25,145 nucleotides of DNA from a virus (lineage: Duplodnaviria; Caudoviricetes), in IMG/VR virus record IMGVR_UViG_3300049910_000003, positions 1 to 25,145 of that record. One strand, written 5' to 3'. The notes below the pieces were generated by a model. That model was not told the origin of the DNA. It was given only the letters and a program-made list of their open reading frames with translations, and made no database searches. Shown here piece after piece: positions 7,770-14,466 of the stretch. How positions within the stretch are numbered: position 1 is the first letter of the stretch; every line of letters starts with the position of its first letter. A program made the position numbers and the translations under genes.

Positions 7770-8050
7770 TGACGGGAGACGCCTTCCTCCATTGGAAACA
7801 TGGTGTTTCCCAACGCGACGGTTAACGCGCCCATGAATACCGACGCGTCGCGCATGGTGGCGAAGTTGACGAACCGCGCGAGTGTTCCGCCTTCCCAAAG
7901 GTCTAACGCGATTTCGTACTCTGCGCGTTGACCTGTAGAGAGGCGTTCAAACGCACGTTGTGTCATCTGTACGACGCGGCCGTTAATAACTGCGCCGGGA
8001 ACGAGATTGCCGATTAGTACCGCGGCCTCGCGCATTCGGGTTTGTTCCAC
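7766..8050 (-). CDS. Hypothetical protein
   Basis: AAGGGGG SD before GTG 8050; stop coupled to the exonuclease start. Confidence 0.65.
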   Translation of the reverse strand: MEQTRMREAAVLIGNLVPGAVINGRVVQMTQRAFERLSTGQRAEYEIALDLWEGGTLARFVNFATMRDASVFMGALTVALGNTMFPMEEGVSRQ

Positions 8051-8147
8051 GTTTCCCCCTTTGTGATTGCGCCTCTGTATCGAGTCGTTCCGCATGCCTC
8101 CGTAGAACGGCCGCTATAGACGCGAGCGTTTCACGATTGAATGTCAC
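7983..8147 (-). CDS. Possible 54-aa hypothetical protein
   Basis: GTGA overlap with the HTH gene stop; product MTFNRETLASIAAVLRRHAERLDTEAQ... It overlaps the next gene by 68 nt, which lowers confidence. Confidence 0.35.
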   Translation of the reverse strand: MTFNRETLASIAAVLRRHAERLDTEAQSQRGKRGTNPNARGRGTNRQSRSRRSY

Positions 8148-8419
8148 TTAGGCCGGCCATCTGTATATTTGCGCGGCAGTTTCGCGCCTCTAAAGAACGT
8201 GGCCGGATCGGCGTCGAATGCTTCCGCGAGGCTTACAAGTGTGCGCCATGTTGGCGCGTGGTGTTCGTTCGGACTTTCAACACTCGCGATTGTGCGTTTT
8301 GCAACGCCGGAAACTTCGGCTAACTCTGCCTGTGACCAACCGCGCAACCGTCGCGCACGGCGTACTTTGTTTGCCCACTCGACTAGTTGGCGTTTGGTCA
8401 CCTCATCCGCGGTCATCAC
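8144..8419 (-). CDS. XRE-family (Cro/CI-type) helix-turn-helix regulator
   Basis: VRRARRLRGWSQAELAEVSGVAKRTIASVE...PT..TL..LAEAF. No peptidase domain. Start GTG 8419 or ATG 8416. Confidence 0.9.
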   Translation of the reverse strand: MMTADEVTKRQLVEWANKVRRARRLRGWSQAELAEVSGVAKRTIASVESPNEHHAPTWRTLVSLAEAFDADPATFFRGAKLPRKYTDGRPK

Positions 8420-8455
8420 TCCCGGCACAATGCGAGGCGCGGCGCAGACGCGCAA
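8420..8455 (-). promoter_or_regulatory. Putative housekeeping-sigma promoter producing a leaderless mRNA for the HTH gene and early operon
   Basis: TTGCGC(8455-8450)-N17-CATTGT(8432-8427)-N7-GTG. Confidence 0.55.
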
Positions 8456-8466
8456 TCGGCCGGAAC

Positions 8467-8502
8467 CGTTGCAACGTTGCGCCACGTTGTGACGTTGCGC
8501 CT
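8467..8502. repeat. Tandem 18-bp imperfect repeat with overlapping palindromes; candidate operator array
   Basis: CGTTGCAACGTTGCGCCA followed by CGTTGTGACGTTGCGCCT; contains palindromes CGTTGCAACG and GCAACGTTGC. Confidence 0.55.
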
Positions 8503-8751
8503 AGTGGGCCGGTACATGACGCGGGAGGCACGGTGCAACTTGGCACCCGGATTTTTTCCACGGTTCGGCCTTATGGTCGGACGCCGTGTCTGGCGCGGCG
8601 TCGGCTATCCGGTCACCCGCCCCTATCGGGCCGTCCGTGGCGTCCGGCCTGGCCTGCCGTGTTCCCGACTACCCGGCCGTAACCGCACGTTAGACGGCCT
8701 ACGTGCCGTTGTCACGGGTCGCGACGGCACGGCCGGTACCTAGGCGCGGAA

Positions 8752-8789
8752 CGGCCCCCTGGCGGAACGTGGAACCGCACAGGGGGCCG
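8752..8789 (-). terminator. Stem-loop downstream of the integrase operon; probable terminator
   Basis: CGGCCCCCTG / CAGGGGGCCG 10-bp perfect stem plus 4 bp more after a bulge, ~50 nt after the stop at 8837. The U-tail is weak. Confidence 0.55.
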
Positions 8790-8836
8790 CGGGGGCCGGG
8801 TGTTTGCCCGGTACCGTCAGACGCTACGCCATGCCG

Positions 8837-9238
8837 TCAACCGGCACCGCCGATCGCGCACGCGGCGCACAGATGGAACGTGAGGCCTCCGTACGCCTCT
8901 ACGGGTACGCCGGGATCGTCGGCCGGTTGCACCCGGCCGCATTGTTCGCATTGCCATTCGCCACGGTTCCCGGCCTGTATGTCGGCAACTGTGGCGTTGG
9001 CTACCAACACGGCCGCGGTTTCGTCGTCGCCATATTCGTTCACCAGGAAACGCCGTAGGTTGTCCGCGGGTCCGGTCACGCGGTACCACCAGGCCCAACT
9101 AGCCAACGGGTGCGCACTTGACGTGTCTTCGATTTTGACGCCGTAACGTTCGGCTATCTCAACTAGTGACGCGTAACCGCAACAACCGTCGTACGGGTGT
9201 TCGTGGCAATCAATCTCTAACGTGTAGATAACTTTCAT
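8837..9238 (-). CDS. Hypothetical protein with C-terminal CxxC...CxxC zinc ribbon, coupled to the integrase
   Basis: ATGA overlap with the integrase stop; CEQC...CAAC. Confidence 0.7.
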   Translation of the reverse strand: MKVIYTLEIDCHEHPYDGCCGYASLVEIAERYGVKIEDTSSAHPLASWAWWYRVTGPADNLRRFLVNEYGDDETAAVLVANATVADIQAGNRGEWQCEQCGRVQPADDPGVPVEAYGGLTFHLCAACAIGGAG

Positions 9239-10722
9239 GCGGCTTCGCCTTCGGTTTCGGGTGCCGTGTCCGGCACGAAGTTAATACGATCGGCTGTAAA
9301 CGGTGCCTTCGGCCGTGCGGGTGGCGCGATCACGGCACGGTGTTTCGTCGCCAGGAACAAGGCGCGGTGTTCGTCGTCGGTCAACTTGCCGGAGGCCAAC
9401 GCCGCGCCTAGTGCGTCACCCTTGCCTAGCCAACGTTCTACGGGTCCGGCACTACCGGCCTTGCGCAACTGCGCCAACGCGTCGGTTTCGTCTGCGTCTA
9501 CGGCCGCTAACGCACGGTTGTACGCATCCATGTTGCGAAACTGGCCGTTGCCTAGGCCGTCGTCAATCATCTTGCGCCGTTCACCTATGCGGCCTAGCCG
9601 TTCCAACGCGACGGTTCGTGCCTTGCTATCTCCGGCCAACATTGAACGAAACGCCTTGCGGTTGGATTCGTGGCGAATCCACGCGTACGCCTTCGTTTCG
9701 AGTATGTCGCTACGGCAATAGTTGTGGCCGCATGCGCGACGGCCTGCCGACGCGTTGCACTTGTAGTTAGTTCGGCCTGTGTGATCTACAGACGCCAACA
9801 TGGTTGCGCCACAGATGGAACCGTCCGGCATGGTTCCGCCACAGATAACGAAACCTGTCCAACGGGTGGCCGCGCCGCGGTTCTTTCCACGTACACGACT
9901 ACCGAACAACTCGCGTAGTTCGGCGTACGTCTTATCGTCAAAAATCGGTTCGTATGGCCGATCTACGATTTCCCCGCGGAACGTTCGGTAGCCTCCGTAA
10001 ACTGGGTGGTTGAAGATACGGCTAATCATGCCAGCTTGCCACGGCGTTTGTTCTTTGGTCTTCGTGCGCAGTACCGGCGTTATGCCGTCAACCTGGCCGG
10101 ACCATTCCCGCGCTATCTGACTTGCGCTAATGCCGTTCAACAACCGTTGTGCGTCTTCCCGTAGGCGTTGCACTTCGGGTGCGTAGTGTTCGTGCGTTGA
10201 ATCGTTATCGTTGCCGTGGCGGGTGCCGTAAAAACCAACCATGAAAACGCCACCCGTTGGCCTACCTTCGTCGCGCAATCGTCGCAACGTGCGTTGTAAC
10301 CGATTGGAGAGTTTGCCTACTTCCCGATCGGCCGCGGCAACTTCCAACCGTGCCGCGTATTTGCCGTCTTCGGTTCGTAAGTCGTAGGTACGTTCGTCCG
10401 TGACGATTTGCCAAAACTTCCCGGCTTCGGCCAGGTCTATTAACTTTTCCAACTCGCGAGGCATGCGGACTAGCCGATCATGCATAACGGAAACGATCGT
10501 ATCTACTTCGCCTTGTTCGATTGCCTCTAGTAGTTGTAGCCATTCCGTGCGTTTGCGCGTAGCGAAACGACTTGCCGAAATGTCGTTGTCCGTATACGTG
10601 CGTTCGATCGTTAGGCCTAGGTCTTTCGCCATAGCCTCGCATTCTCGTTTTTGCCATTCCACGTTTCGGCCGACTTCGTTTAGGTCTTTGCTTCGTCGGC
10701 AGTAGCTAACCGCGCTTGCCAT
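9235..10722 (-). CDS. int: Large serine recombinase (phage integrase)
   Basis: YCRRS catalytic motif, DNDISAS and DRLVR; recombinase domain; Zn ribbon (C..CG..M...Y.C...C); coiled coil. Start moved to ATG 10722, which follows a purine-rich SD. Confidence 0.95.
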   Translation of the reverse strand: MASAVSYCRRSKDLNEVGRNVEWQKRECEAMAKDLGLTIERTYTDNDISASRFATRKRTEWLQLLEAIEQGEVDTIVSVMHDRLVRMPRELEKLIDLAEAGKFWQIVTDERTYDLRTEDGKYAARLEVAAADREVGKLSNRLQRTLRRLRDEGRPTGGVFMVGFYGTRHGNDNDSTHEHYAPEVQRLREDAQRLLNGISASQIAREWSGQVDGITPVLRTKTKEQTPWQAGMISRIFNHPVYGGYRTFRGEIVDRPYEPIFDDKTYAELRELFGSRVRGKNRGAATRWTGFVICGGTMPDGSICGATMLASVDHTGRTNYKCNASAGRRACGHNYCRSDILETKAYAWIRHESNRKAFRSMLAGDSKARTVALERLGRIGERRKMIDDGLGNGQFRNMDAYNRALAAVDADETDALAQLRKAGSAGPVERWLGKGDALGAALASGKLTDDEHRALFLATKHRAVIAPPARPKAPFTADRINFVPDTAPETEGEAA

Positions 10723-10898
10723 TTCCCTTTTTCCCTTTCCACGTTGCGCCGGACCCGATCGGACCCGGCCGGGTTGGTCTTCCCGACGTTGGCGAATATC
10801 GAACATGCGCCGACGCCTACGCGCGATTCTAGCCTAGAGAGGCAGGCGGCTACGTCCGGCCTCTGGCCTAGGTTCTAGGCCGCTCGCCTCTAGGAACG

Positions 10899-10931
10899 TT
10901 GACCACGGCAGACGCACGGTTTAGCGTCTGC
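10899..10931 (+). promoter_or_regulatory. Near-consensus promoter with an overlapping palindromic operator
   Basis: TTGACC(10899-10904)-N17-TAGCGT(10922-10927). A perfect inverted repeat GCAGACGC-N8-GCGTCTGC (10908-10931) covers the spacer and the -10 box. Confidence 0.75.
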
Positions 10932-10992
10932 GTCCGTTGCTTAGGCAGTCTGGCAACGTGGCGGGTATCGACCGATCACCAGGGGGCCGACA

Positions 10993-11316
10993 TTGCCGCG
11001 TACGCCGCGTTTTCTAATGGCTATCGAGTACGAAAAGTGCCGCGTTTGGGGTCACGCGTGGGAAGACTTCGTACCTACGAAACGGCCTAGCGATTGGGGA
11101 ATGCGGTTTTCCCTTCGTTGCGTTAGGTGCGCCACGGAACGGCACGACGTAATAGACAGTCTCGGCCAGTTGTCTACGCGCCACTACGACTACCCGGACG
11201 GGTACAGCATGGCGAAAGACGAAACGCCGGATAGGCCGACCCTACGCCTAGAGTTGTTGCAACAACTACGGACAACGGCACGCGAAAAAGCGGCCAGGCG
11301 AAGGAAGGCAGGGTAA
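10993..11316 (+). CDS. Hypothetical Zn-binding actinophage-type protein
   Basis: CR..GHAW...LRC.RC.TER...Y.YPDGY. TTG 10993 with AGGGGG SD, or ATG 11017. Directly abuts the next gene. Confidence 0.8.
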   Translation: MPRTPRFLMAIEYEKCRVWGHAWEDFVPTKRPSDWGMRFSLRCVRCATERHDVIDSLGQLSTRHYDYPDGYSMAKDETPDRPTLRLELLQQLRTTAREKAARRRKAG

Positions 11317-11976
11317 ATGGCAACGGCCAAAAAGGCCACGAAACGCACGGCCAAACGGCCGCGCAAGGCAGTAACGAAACGCGCCAGTAACCAACGGCTA
11401 CGGCTAACCGACGAAAGAAAAGCCGAAGTTTTGGCTATGGCTAACGAAGGTGGTCCGGAGGCAGTAGCGAAGGCCTACGGCTATTCGTTGGGTTACGCAA
11501 CGCAACTGGCGACCAAATGCGGCTATCGCAAACCGGGTGCCGCCAACCGTGGCACGTACACGAAGGAACGCGCCGACGCTACGCGCATAACGAAGGCCGT
11601 AGCCAGGTACCTAGACCAATGCCGCGAACACGGCGCTAACGGGAAACCGGGAGTTTGGCTAGGTTCGTTGAAGGGTTACCCGGCACGAACTAGCGACCCG
11701 GAAACCGTGGCCGCGGTAATCGACCTATACCAACGGGAAGTGATCCCGGCCCTAACGTCACCCGTTCAAGAGCTAAAGGCACGGCAACGGGTTATGACGT
11801 TGCGCCGCGAACTAGAACGAATGCGCAAGGTATCCAACGGCACGGCCGATGCCGCGCGGGAAGACTTCGTACTAGTAGCGGCCGATTGGGCCGTAACGAA
11901 TGGCATTAGCTACGCCGCGTTTCGGGAAATGGGAGTACCGGCCGACGTACTACGTGAGGCCGGGATCACGGCCTAA
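11317..11976 (+). CDS. Putative DNA-binding protein: basic histone-like tail, HTH, and a domain resembling a conserved Acidimicrobiia hypothetical protein
   Basis: MATAKKATKRTAKRPRK tail; HTH-like LTDERKAEVL...AVAKAYGYS; AV.RYL... and C-terminal FV..A..W...NGISYAAFREMGVPADVLREAGI. Confidence 0.8.
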   Translation: MATAKKATKRTAKRPRKAVTKRASNQRLRLTDERKAEVLAMANEGGPEAVAKAYGYSLGYATQLATKCGYRKPGAANRGTYTKERADATRITKAVARYLDQCREHGANGKPGVWLGSLKGYPARTSDPETVAAVIDLYQREVIPALTSPVQELKARQRVMTLRRELERMRKVSNGTADAAREDFVLVAADWAVTNGISYAAFREMGVPADVLREAGITA

Positions 11977-12036
11977 CGGACGCGGGGAGACGCAACGGCG
12001 CGCGCGCGGAGGCACCGCGTGGGCCGTTTGCACGGT

Positions 12037-12130
12037 ACGGCCTCTAGGTTGCGTTCTAACGTGGCCTAGGGGCCGTCCGGTCTACCAATCCGGCCGGGTG
12101 CCGGGAGGCCGTCAGACGGCCACCTAGAGG
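12037..12130. repeat. Long imperfect inverted repeat with nested hairpins in the intergenic region
   Basis: CCTCTAGGT (12041-12049) can pair with ACCTAGAGG (12122-12130). It also lies within the alternative 12-bp stem 12037-12048 / 12065-12076. Palindrome GGCCGTCAGACGGCC at 12107-12121. Confidence 0.65.
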
Positions 12131-12142
12131 GAGGCGCGCACG

Positions 12143-12571
12143 GTGCGACGGCCTTTGATCGTCACGGATCGCATGCTTTACGGCCTCGCGGTCTTCGCCT
12201 TCGCCTGTGGCGTCTTGTTCGTGTTCCTAGGCGGCTACGTCATGGCCGTAATCCTCGCATGCGAGGCCGTACTACTAGTCAACTGCGTTACCTTGCGCCG
12301 CGCCGCGTTCCGTGACGGTTGGTTACAAGGCCGCGCCGCAATGTTCCAATCGTTGGCAGAGGCCCAACGCCGCGGTTTGTCGCCTGGCGAATGGATCATC
12401 GGAGAATGCGAACGTGACGGCTACCGCGTCGAATGGGCCGACGCACCCGCGTTGTGTAGCCATTGCCACCTACCGATTAACGAAGGTGACGCCGTAACGT
12501 GGATCACGTCTCCGGACGCGGCACCGTTCCCGTTGCACGAAAAGTGCGCCAACGAACTACGCAACCGTTAG
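12143..12571 (+). CDS. Membrane protein (two N-terminal TM helices) with C-terminal CxxC...HxxC zinc finger
   Basis: GGGAGG SD; hydrophobic stretch over roughly residues 12-50; CSHC...HEKC. Confidence 0.75.
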   Translation: MRRPLIVTDRMLYGLAVFAFACGVLFVFLGGYVMAVILACEAVLLVNCVTLRRAAFRDGWLQGRAAMFQSLAEAQRRGLSPGEWIIGECERDGYRVEWADAPALCSHCHLPINEGDAVTWITSPDAAPFPLHEKCANELRNR

Positions 12572-12792
12572 TTGCCGTTGTTGTTACTCCCGGCCTTATA
12601 GCCGACGTACGCGCCTAGTACGCCGATAATGCCGCCAAAGGCCGCGGTCAACAACTGTGTTGCGTTGTCCGACAATCCCGGACCTTCGGAAAAGATCGCG
12701 TCATACAACACGGCCGCGGTAATGACGTTGACGGCTAGGACGATCCCAACCGCCAACACCACGGCTACCCAATCCTTAGCGGGTCGGTTCAC
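12568..12792 (-). CDS. Two-TM membrane protein, holin candidate
   Basis: Two hydrophobic helices; last gene of the late operon, after the endolysin. Confidence 0.7.
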   Translation of the reverse strand: MNRPAKDWVAVVLAVGIVLAVNVITAAVLYDAIFSEGPGLSDNATQLLTAAFGGIIGVLGAYVGYKAGSNNNGN

Positions 12793-12884
12793 TTACGAAC
12801 GATTCCCCATAGGAAATGAACAAGTGCGATTCCCGCGAGTACGCCGACTTCCCAATCAATGATTGTTGCCTGTACGTGCGTCAT
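12789..12884 (-). CDS. 31-aa single-TM lysis-cassette peptide
   Basis: Not in the ORF track. Product MTHVQATIIDWEVGVLAGIALVHFLWGIVRK; starts 2 nt after the endolysin stop; GTGA overlap with the holin candidate. Confidence 0.65.
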   Translation of the reverse strand: MTHVQATIIDWEVGVLAGIALVHFLWGIVRK

Positions 12885-12886
12885 GG

Positions 12887-13738
12887 CTACGACCATTCAA
12901 CTAGATACGTACCAACTTGATTGTTGCCTAGGTCGAACAAGGCCACTACGCCGCGGCCGTCCGGCCTTCCATTGCCGTCAACTGTCGCGGCAATGTCAAT
13001 CAGTTTGTTACCGGCGTTCTTTACGGCTTGATCGTTGGAAACCCAAACGCGGTTACTGCCGCTAGGTTGGTCACCTCGCAACGCCGCGCCGTTCTCCAAA
13101 AGGATTGCGCCTAGTGCGGGTACTGGCCGCGCCGTAGGAACGCGTCCGGCCGGGTTGCCTTTCTGTGGCGAAGCTACTGCTCCCATTGGGTATGCCTCCG
13201 GCGTTGCGGGTGGTTGCGTTGTACCGCCTCCGGCCGCGCGCGCGTTGATCGTTGGTATCTGTGCAATCAGGTTGACGCCACAACACGCGGTTGCATTGCC
13301 GGGTGCGTCTCTGTGTGGGCCTGTATAGGCCGGCCGTTGTATTGCGCCGCGTTCAAACAACCATGCGACGATTTCGGCTAGAGACGTAATCAGTTGTTGC
13401 GTCGGTTGTTGCGTCTCAAAGTTGCCCATTGCGCAGACGGCATGGCTACGTGCGTTGTTCGCAACGCCGTTGGTACTGCCGCCAGTTGCGGCCGTGTTAC
13501 GTCCGATGCCGCGCGACTCATAGATCGCGCCGTCAGTATCTACGACGTATGAATACTCTAGATCGACGTAACCGCCAGCTAGTGCGTTCTGTTGTAGTGA
13601 ACGCATACCCGACGCGCCGTGTAGGCCGGTTGACGCCGTATGGTGTAGCCAACAATCCGGCGTTGGCGTTGCGATCCCGGAGGCAGGCGTTGGGTTTGGG
13701 TTTGCTCCCCATTGACTACGACCCGTTATCGTCACCAT
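12887..13738 (-). CDS. Endolysin, N-acetylmuramoyl-L-alanine amidase (Amidase_2/PGRP-like)
   Basis: R..WGA, LHHTA, Y.YVV..DG.IYE.RG, GPHRD and TAC motifs; Pro/Gly linker and an unrecognised C-terminal domain. Confidence 0.92.
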   Translation of the reverse strand: MVTITGRSQWGANPNPTPASGIATPTPDCWLHHTASTGLHGASGMRSLQQNALAGGYVDLEYSYVVDTDGAIYESRGIGRNTAATGGSTNGVANNARSHAVCAMGNFETQQPTQQLITSLAEIVAWLFERGAIQRPAYTGPHRDAPGNATACCGVNLIAQIPTINARAAGGGTTQPPATPEAYPMGAVASPQKGNPAGRVPTARPVPALGAILLENGAALRGDQPSGSNRVWVSNDQAVKNAGNKLIDIAATVDGNGRPDGRGVVALFDLGNNQVGTYLVEWS

Positions 13739-13856
13739 TCTCTACGGCCTCCGGGTTGTCTTCGTGGTCTTGCGGTTCCTCTACGTCGTCTTCCTTTGCA
13801 ATGCGTTCGTGTTCCTCTGCCATTGCGTCATGTTCCGTTGGTTCGTTCGGCGTCAT
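13716..13856 (-). CDS. 46-aa highly acidic hypothetical protein
   Basis: Not in the ORF track. GAAAGG SD; product MTPNEPTEHDAMAEEHERIAKEDDVEEPQDHEDNPEAVENGDDNGS. Confidence 0.6.
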   Translation of the reverse strand: MTPNEPTEHDAMAEEHERIAKEDDVEEPQDHEDNPEAVENGDDNGS

Positions 13857-13872
13857 AGCCGTTGCCTTTCTG

Positions 13873-14451
13873 TTACGGAATCCCTAGGTCTTGAACAACT
13901 GTGAATAGGCCGTTGGCCGCAATGCGGTACGCGCCAGGCGTTGACGTTGCCCAAAGAACAACGGCGTTGGCACCCGCGGTTAGATCCCATATAGAGACGA
14001 TCGAACAAACTTGTATGTTGTTCACCGCGATACCCGGCCAAATGGCGTCCGATCGGATCATTGCGCCGTTGACGTAGTGCCGGTAAGAAACCGTAGATGG
14101 GCCGCTAGTCACAATCTGGCCGCGTGACCATGTTTCGATACGTACGCGCCGTGTCTCGGCAAGCTGAACGTTGACCTGCATTGCATTCGCGTTCGTCGTA
14201 ATGTCAATGGCAGGCGCGTACGCGAAACCTAGTGCTCCCTTACTAGGGGAGAACCAACGCGTACCGTTCCACCAATAGAACGCGTCCGTTGCGACGACGT
14301 ACACGACCATTCCCGCGACTTTGTTAACGATCGCGTCTCTGTCGGCAATGGTCGCAACAACCGTGTTACTGCGGTTGCGTATGTCGTTTCCCCATGCCGA
14401 CAGTATCGGCGCGTTGGGTACAACGTCGGGTAGCCATCCAACGGCAGGCAT
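13873..14451 (-). CDS. Minor tail protein / putative receptor-binding protein
   Basis: Position in the tail module; I.SAWGN..R N-terminus, RDA.....GM.VYV...D.FY.WNGT.W motif and a beta-rich C-terminus. Confidence 0.75.
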   Translation of the reverse strand: MPAVGWLPDVVPNAPILSAWGNDIRNRSNTVVATIADRDAIVNKVAGMVVYVVATDAFYWWNGTRWFSPSKGALGFAYAPAIDITTNANAMQVNVQLAETRRVRIETWSRGQIVTSGPSTVSYRHYVNGAMIRSDAIWPGIAVNNIQVCSIVSIWDLTAGANAVVLWATSTPGAYRIAANGLFTVVQDLGIP

Positions 14452-14466
14452 GGCGATTCCCTTCCC

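Noticed and set aside
8387-9146. Plus-strand ORFs 8387-8743 and 8703-9146 as a divergent repressor
   Set aside because: No HTH or other motif, Arg/Pro-rich composition, and they overlap real genes and hairpins.
10741-10750. ACGTTGCGCC upstream of int matching the repeats at 8474 and 8492
   Set aside because: The same 10-mer occurs inside a coding region (~11797) and ACGTTG is common genome-wide, so it is not convincing alone.
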